DNA of 64,000 bases. Source: the human T2T-CHM13v2.0 reference genome, Homo sapiens. The stretch is taken from NCBI RefSeq assembly GCF_009914755.1, contig NC_060933.1. The stretch is one strand, 5' to 3'. The first letter of the stretch is position 1. Each line of letters opens with the position of its first letter. The position numbers and the translations under genes were made by a program. The notes beneath the pieces are model-generated. The model worked only from the letters and a program-made list of their open reading frames with translations, did not search any database and was not told the DNA's origin. Positions 1-13,950 of this stretch are shown one piece after another.

Positions 1-69
1 ACTTATTACATTTGTGAATTTAGGTAAACCATTTACCCACTTGGATTTTCTGCTAAAATGTGACATCAT

Positions 70-172
70 AGGTCAGAGATCTTTGTCTCACTTTCTCATT
101 GATGTATCCCAATTGCCTCAGGTGAAACCTGACACATGGAGGATGCTTCATGAATACTTGTTGAAAGAATGA
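70..172 (+). mobile_element. L2 LINE 3' end fragment
   Basis: cctgacacatggaggatgcttcatgaatacttgttgaaagaatga resembles the L2 3' terminus. Confidence 0.6.
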
Positions 173-519
173 CTCTCTCCAAGACTCTTCCCACAGTTAA
201 AATGGAGATGTCTTGTAGAGTCCACAAAATGTCTAGTACATTGCTATAACATAGTAGCTGCTCAAAAAATTCTGATTATAGTTACTGTTTTTATTAGGAT
301 AAATAGTACTAGAATAATTTGCTATAAACAACGTAGAAAAATTCCAGTGTTAATATATCCAAGTTACTCTATGGAATCCCAACACAAAACAAAAGTTATT
401 CATTATGAATTCAATGAAGGCTGTTACCAAATCCTGGGACAAAGTAAATGATTTGACCGATGATGTAGTCATATGAACAGAAATGAAAAAGTGAATTTAA
501 AAAGACTCGCATTGGTGCC

Positions 520-578
520 ACACTTAGACTACCAGACTCCCTGAAACTGCATGTCCTCAGGGAGTCTGGCAGTCTAAG
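520..578 (-). ncRNA. MIR7702: pre-miRNA hairpin, miR-7702 (mature 5p 578-557 CUUAGACUGCCAGACUCCCUGA)
   Basis: 30-bp inverted arms 515-544/557-586 with a 12-nt loop; the inner mismatch is a G-U wobble only on the minus strand; mature sequence recognised from memory as hsa-miR-7702, consistent with the OR2K2 locus. Confidence 0.8.
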
Positions 579-1284
579 AGTGGCACTAAGTGTCATTAGT
601 GCCAGACCCAAAATATAATAACCTGATTATCTCTGGGCTTTCAATAATGATGTCATTCTTTTCTTTCATTCTTAGTTGATTTAATTTTCCTTACTACATA
701 GCAGATATTCCAATAATTTTCATAAGTCTCTGCAAGACCCCATTTCCACCTAGACTCCAAATCATATTCCCCCTGCTTTTTCCTGGGCATTATTTCAGCA
801 ATCATCTCTTCTTTACTGGGTCTTCAATCCCCAACACACCCCCACCGTTTCAAGTTTCCCTTTTCTCAGACTACAAAACAGCTCACTATTCCCTTTCCTA
901 AAACTACTTTTATGACATTTATTCTCCTTCAATTACTGTATCTTTTCTGCCTTTGCTTTCATTGACAATCTGCTTTGCAAGTTCTCTACACTCAGTCTCC
1001 TCTTCCCACTCACTCTTCAGCTCATTGAAACTGTCTCCTGCCCCCTCCACCCTTTTGAAGCTTTTGAGACAGAAGTAGGCCCTGCTGAGTGCTAGATCCA
1101 GGTCTGCTACTTCCATGGCCCCCACCCCAGTCCCCTCTTCAGTATCTGAGCATTCAATTCTAGTTGTATTTTCTGGCTTGTTCTCTCGGCAAATATACAT
1201 TGAGTACCTATTAGTCACCATCCTGGGTACCAGAAATATAAAAGTGAATAAGATCTAAATGCAAAAATGATCTAAACGCAACAG

Positions 1285-1550
1285 TGATCTAAATGGAATG
1301 TGGTATCCTGGCTTGAATTCTAGAATAGTGAAAGGATATTTGTGGAAAATCTGGCGAAATCTGGATAAAGTCTGTAGTTTAATTAATAGCATTGTACTAA
1401 TGTAACTTCTTAGTTTTAACAAATGTACCCTGGTTATGTAAAATGATAATGTTAGGGGATGCTGGGTGAAGGATATATGAGAATTTTCTATAATATCTTT
1501 GCAACTTTTCCATAAATCTAAAATTATTCCAAATTGTAAAAGTCTTAAAA
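1285..1550 (+). mobile_element. L1ME-type 3' end inserted in an L2 fragment
   Basis: Typical L1ME 3'UTR (gtggtatcctgg...tttgcaacttttc...aaattattccaaa); TSD-like aaaagtgaataag/aaaattgagtaag. Confidence 0.7.
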
Positions 1551-2176
1551 ATTGAGTAAGGTATGTTCCCTGCCATCAGTGAGCTCACAGTGATACACAA
1601 TCTTGGGATAAATGAGGCAAATTGTGGGAGAAAAACTATGAACTACCGATTCTTCCATCGAAAATGAATGCAATCTGCCTTTTTTCCCCATCATGAGTTG
1701 TACAATTTTGTATGCATCTATGTACCACACTGTAAATATTTCATGAGGACAGGACAGAGGAGTATCTAAAGGTGAATTTTTTCACAGTTCTAAATAATAC
1801 ATTTTGAGGCTTTGGGAGGTCTCAGATTGATCGAAGCCAACCCTAGCTAAATCACTCCACTTTCTAAGACGTTGAATTTAAACATATTACTTACATACTT
1901 TCTTTGTTCTTTTCAAGGCAAATAGTTTAATGTTTGAGGGAGTAGTAGGCCAAATAGAGGTGATTTTTGTTGTTGTTGTTGTTGTTGTTGTTTAGCCTTC
2001 TTATTGTCTGGCTGCCAGGGTTCCTGGAAATGGGATTTTTAACGAGCTTTTTTTTTTTTCTGGAGAAGACTTTGATGTGGTTGAAAATTTATTCTCTCTC
2101 GAGCGTAGGCAGGGCACCAATTAACCCACACAGAGTGCCCTTGCTGTCCTCCCAGCTTGGAGTTTATTACACTTAC

Positions 2177-2329
2177 CATGTAGTGTATAACACTATTATC
2201 CCATCTCCTTTGTGCTTCCCTCCTGTGGACTCAAAGCAATTTCTTAAGCAGCTTTCTGCTGTCTCTCTCAGTCTTTTAAATATCTCCATTTTGCTTTTTT
2301 CCATAAATAATCTTCTGATTGCAATGGGG
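2177..2329 (-). other. candidate spliced exon (153 nt) of a minus-strand transcript
   Basis: Acceptor cctttcctctctcttccag| and donor ATG|GTAAGT. Confidence 0.45.
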
Positions 2330-2854
2330 CTGGAAGAGAGAGGAAAGGTGAAATAGGAGAGCTGCTTCTTCAACCAGCTGATTGAGCCAGGAATAATGGT
2401 GGTTTTAATCACTTCAAAATCCATTTATGCAGAACCTACAACATGATAGACATAAGGGTACAGAGATGAATAAATAAGAAATGGGACTAAGGACTTGCAA
2501 TTTTATGGTGGAAAGTGTCACATACCTAAGTACAGAACAAGGCAGAGAGAAATGAAGGCTACAATTATTTCCCCGGTATTTTTTTAAGTGACAGTTACAT
2601 TAAAGAATTGTTTTTGTACTACAATGACATTGCTCTTGGTTAAATGGAAATAAAGCAACTCTGTGACTCTAAGACCTTCAGTTTGATGGTCGGAAAAAGA
2701 ACTAAGAAAGTTAAAGAAAAGTAATTTAAATATGAAAGTTGGAAGCATCAGGCCAAAATGTGCAGGGTCTCAAGTTGCCAGCATTCTGTTCTCCACTACT
2801 GCTCCAGTGGGCTGACTCAACATCTCTCTTCCTTCTCCATTTAGGGTTTCAGAT

Positions 2855-3134
2855 TTTTCTTTTTAATAGAGACAAGGTCTTGCTTTGTCGCCCAGACTGG
2901 AGTGCAGTGGTGTGATCATAGCTCACTGCTGCTTACGCTCCGGAGCTCAACCTCCTGCCTCACGCTTCCCAGTAAATGGGACTACAGGTGCACACCAACA
3001 AGCCCAGCTAATTTTTTAGTTTTTTGTAGAGATGATGGTCTCACTATGCGGCCTAGGCTGGGCTGGCTTCAAGTGATCCTCCTGCCTCAGCCTCCCAAAG
3101 CATTGGGATTACAGGAATGAGCCACTATGCTTGG
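2855..3134 (-). mobile_element. AluJ
   Basis: Diverged Alu dimer in antisense. Confidence 0.85.
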
Positions 3135-3180
3135 AGAGGAAATTAAAAAAAAATTTTTTTTCATTAAAAAGTTCAGTTCT

Positions 3181-3480
<300 letters not shown>

Positions 3481-3490
3481 TCAGTTCTCC

Positions 3491-3767
3491 CTTTGGGAGG
3501 CCAAGGAGGGAGTATTGCTTGAGTTCAGAAGTTTGAGACCAGCCTAGGGAACATAGGAAGAACCCCATCTCTACAAAAAATTAAAAAGTAGCCAGTCATG
3601 GTGGCACACAACTGTTGTCCCAGCTACTCAGGAGGCTGAGATGGGAAGATGGTTTGAACCCAGGAGGTCAAGTCTGCAGTGAGCCATGATCATGCCACGG
3701 CACTCCAGCCTGGGTGACAGAGCGAGACCCTGTCTCAAAAAAAAAAAAATTATATATATATATATAT
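3491..3767 (+). mobile_element. 5'-truncated AluJ with (TA)n tail
   Basis: Alu body, poly(A), then (TA)n. Confidence 0.9.
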
Positions 3768-4089
3768 AGTTAAAGAAGTTCAGACCTTCATGACATGGCA
3801 ATACCTATCTGCAAGGGAGGCTAGTAGGTGGAGTCTGTAGCTGAGCAGTCACCTGGTCTTCTGCAATTCCTATCACTAATAGGAAGGTGGAGAGAATGGA
3901 TACTTAGGGAGAATTGGCAATCTCTGCTGGGGGGGGCGGGGCCGAAGAATGAAGAGTGTTAATGCCCTGAATTGAAATTTTTTTGTTTGGTTTAGACTCT
4001 TTCCTGGTTTCTAAGCCTACATATTCAGATACATACAGGACATTTCCACTTGGATATCCAACAGGCACTTGAAACAGCATGCATGGTGA

Positions 4090-4540
4090 TTGTCCTCTAG
4101 ATTCCGTTAATCTCCCCTGATTCCTTTAATAATGGAACACCAGAATTTTCAATGGTACATAGCCGCCCAAGTGAAAACATTTTCTGGCCTCTCTTACATC
4201 TAGCTATGGTGTTTGGATTAAGATTGATCAACAAATGTGAGCAGAGTGAATGTAAGCAGAAATGATGAGCTCAGCCTCTGAATCACTCCCCCAAAGAAAA
4301 GGTGTGTGTGCAGTGTGTCCATGATGGCCAGGGCTGGAGCAATTATCCCAGATCTTGATATGAAAACCACATGTTGTGAATGACAGAAAAAAAGGGTAGA
4401 AGGAGCCTAGGTCTCCAAAAGTTTTGAGCTGCCTGAGCCACCTATTCTGACATTTAAAGAACTGAAAGATAAACTTTATCTTTCTTTAAGCAATTGTATT
4501 TGGAGGTGTCTATCATAACACCTCAACCAGGAACCCTAAC
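4090..4540 (+). mobile_element. MLT1J/K-like MaLR LTR nested in L2 (L2 about 4010-4085 and 4540-5030)
   Basis: MLT1-type motifs (cagaaatgatg, gaaggagcctaggtc, aaactttatctttctttaagc). Confidence 0.55.
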
Positions 4541-5182
4541 TACCTCTCCAGTGCCTCTAAGTATATGACCACAAAAGTTTCTGAGTTTCCTGAGCCAGAA
4601 CAAATAAGTCATCCCTGACTTCCTTTCTCTTCTTCATGTCCAATACCAAACATGCCCATTTCTGTCCATTTTACCTCCTAAATATTTTAGTCCATCTTTG
4701 TTCTAATCCTAACTAATAATGCCTGGGTCCTGCTTCTCTTGCTTGGACATGTTTATAGCTGCTCTTTCCACCTCTAGCCTTGTCTACCGTCAATCCATTC
4801 TTCCAAGGCACAAATAGAATCACACCTCCCTCTGTCTGAAATCCCTCAATGATTCCCCATTCTCTACAGGATCAAATCCAAGCTCTTTAGCAAGACACTC
4901 AAAGCTCTTCATGATGTGGCCCCTGTTCAGCCAGCTGATCTCTCATTATGGCCCCGACATACCACACTACTTTCTATATCAGCGCTTTTGCATATACTAT
5001 TGCCTCTGCCTGAAAATCTCTGTACTTCCCTGTCTTCATTAAAAAAAAAAAAAGTTTTCTTCTTTAAAACCTAGCCAGATACTGGCTGCAATGTGCTGCT
5101 TTTTCATTTTGTGCATGATTGAATTGTTATATTTCTCACATTCAGCAATACATTGCTCCTTTATATCCTGTAAGTTCATTGA

Positions 5183-5689
<507 letters not shown>

Positions 5690-8207
5690 TGAATCTTATT
5701 CATTTCTGAATAGCAAGTTGTGAGATTCAATATGAAATAGATTGATAGATGAATGGATGAATGGAAGAATGGGTGAAAACACTAAATGAAAGAAGATTAG
5801 AAAACAGATTGAAAATACAGTGTACCACCAGACCTGGCAGTAGCAGCTATCTCAGGCTACCTTATGAGTAGCTTACTCTGAAACTCAGCTATCTAAAAGC
5901 AACCTTCAGCATCATCTAAAACGCATTTCCAGCTACCAACTGAACAGGGAACTTGGGACTATGTTCGTGCTTTCTCCTGAAAACAAAACAAAACAAAAAA
6001 AGGAACTTGGGAAACATAGATTACGAACGCAACTATGATTATTTTTTAAATTTCTAGAACGATTGCCTTGGTTATATTTTGTCTGTCTCCCTACAACAGG
6101 AAAACTCAAAGCTATAAGGACATATTTGCTTCCTTTCAGCACACACATAAAAAAGACAATAAGATCTGAAAATACAAAACCTCATGCTGAGGAAAATCTG
6201 AAGGCTATTCAACCCCAAAAGAGAAAGTAGGCAGCGGCAAGTAAGAATACAGGCTGAGTCCCTGGGGATTTGAAAGGACGATCAAAGGTCCCCTTAAGAA
6301 GCTCTTCTTGTCCTTAATCAAGAGTTCCCAGAGTTTTCTGAAGAGAGCTTTAAACACATTGAAGTCCACCTGCTCTTTTTGCAAATTCAGAATTGCAAAT
6401 TAAACAGTTATCTAAGTTTATATAACTATCCAGTAGCAGAACTAAGACTATATTGTCAAAACACATAGAAACAAATGGACTCTGTGAAAACCATCCTGGA
6501 AATTACCAAACTAGTTCAGAAAAGAAAAAAAAAATGTGTAAGGATTTTACATAATAATATAGTCTATTCAAAGTTCACAATATGCAACACAGATATCCTT
6601 CAAAACCTTATGTCAAGGGTCAGGGGAGGACTGGTGGTTTCAGTGGAATAGCATTGGAACATGCTCAATCTAAATTCAGATGGGTTTGGGCATGACTGGA
6701 TGTTTGATGGAATCGCCCATGCAGGGCTATTTACTAGAAAAGTGAGAAGCTTTTTTGCTAAAAACCCATCATAAGGAAAGGAAACATGTGGCATGCATGC
6801 TTAGGCGAAGCACACTGGTAAGGACCAGAAGGAAGGTGTCATTTTCAGTACAGCGTTGTGTTTGCAGCTCAGATTTTTCTCCAGCACGATCCCTTTCCCC
6901 TAAGGATCTGTGCTGGAGCCCTGTGGATATAAATTGTAAACAGAAAAGGACTGGATTTAGACATCTATGAGGACACTAAAACACAAGGCAGAATTGTTCT
7001 TTAAAGAATTTAGTCTGTATAATGAAGTGTGGGTCAAAGGAACCGGAGAGAGGGCAAAAGGTATTTTCTGTAAGCAGCAAGCTGGCTTTAGGGGTAGGGA
7101 AGGAGGACTCAAGGGAGAACATCTCTCACAGGACCTAGGGATTCAAGGACTTGAGAAATGAGCCAGACCAGCCTCCTCCCAGCATAGAGAAGGACCACTT
7201 AAAAAACATACTGTGTTCATAGCCTATAATCAATTTTTATGTTTTTCTTTTCTCTTTAAAAGTCTGTCATTCGCAATTTTTCACATGCTTTATAGTCTTC
7301 ATGATTTTTCACCCACTTCACAATAGCCCATTAAATGACTATGCTGAGATTTGCTTAACCATCCCCCAAATTTAAACATTTACGTTGCTTCAAATGTTGT
7401 AAAGAACATATATCTTCAATAGCCTTTCCCTGAATCAATGCATTCTAAATTCCTGGGAGGAGTTGGATATTGAGTCAAAGTCAATAAACAATTTTCATTC
7501 TCAATAAATATAATCAAATCAGCTTTCTATGATGATTTTTTTCCTTCAAAATGTGCTCTTACCAAAAATAATAAAAAAAATCATTTTCATTATTTTTTCT
7601 TCAAATTTGGGGTATTGTCATTTTAAGAATTTCAACTTCTATCTTACAATTTTTCTTCTTTTCTTTGTTATTTCATTAAGTGGGGAGTGGCATCTTATTG
7701 CTTCCTTTCCCTTGATTTCCAATGGAGATTTTTTTTTTCACATTTACTTAACTTCATTATCTTTTGAAATTATCTTATTTCCTTTGCTCCTTAAAATTCT
7801 GTTGAACTCTGCCCTCTAATAATTTTTCATAGGCTTTAGAAAACTCTAAATACAATCTTTAGACTTTGTGCCCAAGTACAAAAGGAATCATAGATGCAGA
7901 TTATAAATGAATGTAAAATAATATCTATATAAACAATGCATAAAATAAGTTACAGTTTTTATAATTTTATACTATCTTGTTGGACAAAGGGGGTTGATTA
8001 CTGATGTAATCAATTGTTGATGCTTACTAATATGATGTATATTTCTGAAAAGATGGCAAAAGATGTAAGAACCTAAAAAATATTATGTATAGATTTTATA
8101 CGAATGTATACACATAAAAGTACAACTCATGAATAAAAAACACATGTCCTCATAATAATAGTTACCATTAAAGAGTAGCTGCTAGGTGCCTGGAACTTTA
8201 TTTAACA

Positions 8208-8520
8208 AATTTTTCTTTTTTTTTTTTTGTGAGACAGAGTCTTGCTCAGTCACCCAGGCTGAAGTGCAGTGACACTATCTCGGCTCACTGCAGCCTCAAC
8301 CTCCTGGACTCAGGTAATTCTCCCACCTCAGTCTCCCAACTAGTCAGGACTGTAGGGACGTGCCACCATGCCCAGCTATTTTTTTTTTTTTAATATCTTT
8401 TGCAGAGAAAGCATTTTGCCCTGTAGCCCAGGCTGGTCTCAAAGTCCTGGGCTCAAGCGATCCTTTTGTCTCAGCTTCCCAAAGTGTTGGGATTACAGGT
8501 GTGAGTCACTGCACCTGGCC
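8208..8520 (-). mobile_element. AluJ
   Basis: Antisense Alu, poly(T), TSD-like acaaattt/acagattt. Confidence 0.9.
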
Positions 8521-9447
8521 ACAGATTTCTTATTCTTATAACAAGGTCGATTTTATGAATAAGGAAACTGAGGTTCAAGGTCACACTTGCTAGCAAATGC
8601 TACAGCAACAATTCAAACCCTGATCAGTATGATTTCAAAGTCATAAGCTTCCCATGATGCTCTTCTTCACCACTGAGTTGCAAGGTAAGTCATACAAAAG
8701 AGTTAAAAGGCCATAAAACTCCTATTTCCTGCTCAAGTCTTTTATTCAGAATTTACGTTCTGTGATGTGTAATTTTATGGCTTTTTTTTTAAAAAAAAAA
8801 AAGAATTCTATGCTAGCTTGGGAACACATGCAGTCAAATGAGATTCTAATTAGACAAATACCACAGAAATACTAAGACCCCAAAATTGTACATTTTGTTT
8901 CTACCTATCAAAGTATGCCCTAGATATTTTTGTTTCATTCAAAACAAGTAGAAATTCCCCTTTCAGATAAATAACACCGACCAGAGACTGTTAGGATGTG
9001 CTCTTTCTCCCAAGTGAGAGAGAGAAAAATCTGCCTAAAGCCTTCTAGGATTCACCATGTTTGCATAATACCATGACCTCTGTTATCTAAATATTGACAT
9101 TTTACCCTTTTATGGGATTTTTACATATTCTAGATTGAATGTAATAATTAAAAACATAAACATCCTTTACAATTGGAAAGTGATTTCTCTGCTTTCCAGT
9201 TTTAAGGAAAATCTCATAGAATTAATATTATGCAACAGATAGTTCCTGCTTTAGTAGCTTAGGATATAAAACAAAGTCACTTATTTTTGAATCCTTCATC
9301 TCTCTTTAAAGCATGCCTTTTATTCTTCCTCCTTCAACACACCACTATCACATCCAAGATAAGTCCACCAACCCCAAGAATTGACTGTTCAATTCAAAGC
9401 TTCATTCCTGGTTACAAATGCCTTTTAGAGAGAGAAAAAAAAAATAA

Positions 9448-10780
9448 CTTTTATTTTAGGTTCAGGGGTACATGTGCAAGTTTGTTATATAAATAAACTC
9501 ATGTCACAGAGGTTTTTTGTACAGATTATTTTGTCACCCAGATGCTAAGCCTAGTACCCAATAGTTATTTTTTCTGATCCTCTCCCTCCTCCCACCCTCC
9601 ACCCTCAAGTTGGCCCCAGCGCCTGTTGTTCCCGTCTTTGTGTCCATGTGTTGTCATCATTTAGCTCCCACTTATAAGTAAGAACATGCAGTATTTGATT
9701 TTCTGTTCCTGTGTTAGTTTGCTAAGGATAATGGCCAAAGGAACAAAACAGAAAGCCCAGAAATAAGGACATACATCTACAACCATCTGATCTTTGACAA
9801 AGCTGATAAAAACAAGCAATGAGGAAAGGACTCCCTATTCAATAAATGGTACTGGGATAACTGGCTAGCCATATGCAGAAGATTGGACCTCTTCCTTACC
9901 CCATATACGAAAATCAACTCAAGATGGATTAAAGACTTAAATGTATAACCCAAAACTATAAAAACCCTGGAAGACAATCCAGGCAATACCATTCTGGACA
10001 TAGGAACAGGCAAAGAGTTCATGACAAAGATGCCAAAAGTAATTGCAACAAAAGCAAAAATTGACAAATGGGATTTAATCAAACAAAAGAGCTTCTGCAC
10101 AGCAAAAGAAACAGAGAAAACAGACAACCTACAGAATGGGAGAAAATATTTGCAAACTATGCATCTGATAAAGGTCTAGTATCCAGCATCTATCAGGAAT
10201 TTAAACAAATTTATAAGAAAAAAACAAGCAACCCCATTAAAAAGTGGACAAAGGACACAAAACAGACACTTCCAAAGAAGATATAGATGTGGCCAACAAG
10301 CATATGAAAAAAAGCTCAATATCACTCATCATTAGAGAAATGCGAATCAAAACCACAAGGAGATACCATCTCACACCAGCCAGAATGGCTATTATTAACA
10401 AGTCAAAAAATAACAAATGCTGACAAGGTTGTGGAGAAAAGAGAACACTTATGCACCATTGGTGGGAGCGTAAATCAATTCAACCATTATGGAAAGCAGT
10501 GTGGTGATTCCTCAAAGAGCTAGAAACAGAACTACCATTCGATCCAGCAATCCCATTACTGGATGTATAAAAGGAAAAGAAATTGTTATATCATAAATAT
10601 GCATGTATGCATATGTTCATTGTGTCACTATTCACAATAGCAAAGACGTGGAATTAACCTAAATGTCCATCAAAGGTAGACTGGATAAAGAAAATGTGGT
10701 ACATATACACCATGAAATACTAGGCAGCCATAAAAAAGAGTGAGATCATGTCCTTTGCAGGAACATGGACGGAGCCAGAG
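9448..10780 (-). mobile_element. older L1PA, 5'-truncated with twin-priming inversion
   Basis: 3' end antisense 9448-9736; upstream ORF2 part in sense 9737-10780; breakpoints adjacent in L1. Confidence 0.85.
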
Positions 10781-10960
10781 AGAAAATTTTGTCTACCAGA
10801 TGGCCCCATACCCTACTGCCTCTGGGGCTGACACTGCCACATAAGGTCACTAGTGAAGCCCAGGTGGTTCAGTAACTTAGGTATGATCCAGCTTTTTTTC
10901 CTGATAAATTTATGGCAAAATGGGCCCACACTTCTATCAAAATCTTGCAACCCATCAGCA

Positions 10961-11254
10961 TTTTTTTTTTTAAGACAGAGTCACACTCTGTTGCCCAAGC
11001 TGGAGTACAGTGGCTCAATCTCGGCTCACTGCAACCTCCGCCTCCCAGGTTCAAGTGAGCCTACTGCCTCAGCACCCCCTAGTAGCTGGGATTACAGGCA
11101 CATGCCACCATGCCTGGCTAATTTTTGTATTTTTAGTAGAGACGAGGTTTCGCTATGTTGGCCGGGCTGGTCTGGAACTCCTGACCTCAGGTGATCTACA
11201 CGTCTCGGCCTCCCAAAGTGCTGGGATTACAGACATGAGCCACTGCGCCCAGCC
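10961..11254 (-). mobile_element. AluSx-like
   Basis: Full antisense Alu, TSD aacccatcag/aacccattag. Confidence 0.95.
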
Positions 11255-11702
11255 AACCCATTAGTTTTGTGATAACTGTGCTCCACTTCCAGGCATAGAC
11301 CCCTTAGTTCAGGCTTTTCTACCAATGGCAACAGATGTCATCTGAAGTTTATTCACCCAAGTAGTACAGAACCCAAGGCTAAAAGATAAGCAATACGTGT
11401 AGGCAGATTGTGAGTACCTGGACATCATTAACCAATAATTTACCACTTGTGCAACTGTTGACTTTATTGGGCAAAAAATAAAAGAGGAAACACAGCCACA
11501 TGCTTGGATGTGGTCCATATCATTTGGGTTCACAGATTCTTAGAACTCTCAACCAATAGCTCAGACTCAACCCTGTGCCTTACTTATTTTGACCTTATAC
11601 GCACCTGCAAGCATCATTTTCCCCAGGAAACACTCAGCACAAGGATGACTGGATTCAAGGAAGTTTCAGATCTCAGCACCTACTATCTAGGATTTATTCA
11701 TT

Positions 11703-11757
11703 CTCTCTCTCTCTCTCTCCCTCTGTCTCTCTCTCTTTCCCTCCCTCCCCTCTCCCC
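11703..11757. repeat. (CT)n-rich microsatellite
   Basis: Seen directly. Confidence 0.85.
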
Positions 11758-12798
11758 CATAGAGCCTGCAATCAGAATATATAATTTCTTCTCACTCTCC
11801 AGATCTACCCCCTCTTTCTAGCTTCTGTATGGCTTTTTTTTCATGAAGTATCCAAACATGTTAAAATTGAAAAAGTTTCTTTCAGAATCTGTTTTATATC
11901 AAATGAAATTAATTGTGATGAATTGTAAATACGGCAATGAGCAGATAAATTCTTATTGTCCTTAAGTCCATCCTGAGAATAGATCCAAGAGTTTAAGATG
12001 TGATGAGACAAAACATGCTTTCAGACATGAGAATTTCAAAACTGTACAAGAAGATAATAAAAACTGTGAATGTATATTAAAGTTATATACTTTAACCACG
12101 GCAATATACATATACTCCGGCCCACTGTTCATGGTAAGAACTTGAATGAGCATTATCAGAGCTCTTCAAGGAATTGTCCCTCACATTAAAAAAAAAAATG
12201 CTGTCTCCATAACAAGAAATAAAAATTAGTACCGCCAAAAAGAGGACTTGGAACAGATGTAAGCTCTAGAAAGTTCAGAAAGTGACTACCAAGGGACATT
12301 GATTTTTTATTTTTAAAAAATGCACAAGCGTCAGAAATGTTTGGCAACATATGAATGAAAATCAGCCTGCATAACTTTAATTGGGTACTGGAAATTTTTC
12401 CATGTGTTGCCAACAAAAACAGATGGAGAGTATCATTTCAAAGAAAGAGGTAATGAAACTTCCCTTGAAGGAATTGCTTAAGAAAAATGGTAACACTTGA
12501 TGGCAGAGTAAGCTTTAAGAGCACACATCATGTGACATGTAAACAGAAGAAACACAAAAGCAAAGACATAGAGTAAACTAGCTCACTTCATTCCTAATGC
12601 ATATCAATCTGTTACCTGGGAGCACCAGCTCCTCACCTAGCCACCATCTGGTCATCAGGTATCTCATGACATTACCATTTAGAAGGAGAGAATGACCTGG
12701 CCATCTGCCTTATCTGAGGTCTATTCACCCAAGTGATGGAGAATCCCAAATAAAAGGTAAGCAACACGTGTAGGCAGATTGTGAGAATCTGGACATCA

Positions 12799-13149
<351 letters not shown>

Positions 13150-13644
13150 TTATTAAAATAAAACTCCAATGGCAAGAAGATTCTTATGACTCATGGGTAA
13201 GGGGAATTTTCTCATTCCAGTAAACGAATTTCTGAAACATATCCACAGCTGTTGTAGAGCCATAATTAAGACTGGAAATTAGGGAGTTCAATTTGAGATG
13301 ATAACCTATCATTAATCATTCAAAATAAATAAATACTCCAAACAAAACACATCTTTGTGTGGCATTTTAGAATAGGTAGGATAACAAATGTTACTGACTC
13401 CCTATCATCTTGACCAACAACTCAAAGAATTCAATCACTCTTTCCCACATCGATGCCCCGTTTCATGTGGTTTTCCCTTGTCCACTGTCAGCAATATCGC
13501 TGATTCTATTCCTCCATTTTATCCTTAATCTGCTAGCGTCACTTCCAACACTGAAAGCCATTTGATCAATCTGTGTTTGTTCCATTATTGAACAGTTGAA
13601 AACTCATTCTAACTCTAGGCCATCAAACTGGGAAAACTAGCTCT

Positions 13645-13950
13645 AACCTGGTTTTGCTTCTACCTGCCTATATGGCCTTGAGTGAGTTACAACACTTCCT
13701 GGGTTGTCAATTTTGTCGTTGTTAAAGTAAAGGGTAGGACTAGATAACTCTAAGACCCCCGTCCAGTGATCACATTCTTATTCTAAATCTCATAGCAGTA
13801 TTAAAGTGTTTCCAGCTCTTAAAGCACTTTCACCACATGCATCATTGAATTTGGCCCTTATACAGCCCTATCGGGTTGGTAAGGTGGGAATTACTAGCCT
13901 CATTGTAGAATGAGGAAGATGGGGCTCAGCATTAAATAAGCTTACTGTAC
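13645..13950. mobile_element. MIR fragments (two, opposite orientation)
   Basis: MIR core-like gccttgagtgagttac...ctctaagacccc and cattgtagaatgaggaagatggggctcag. Confidence 0.55.
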
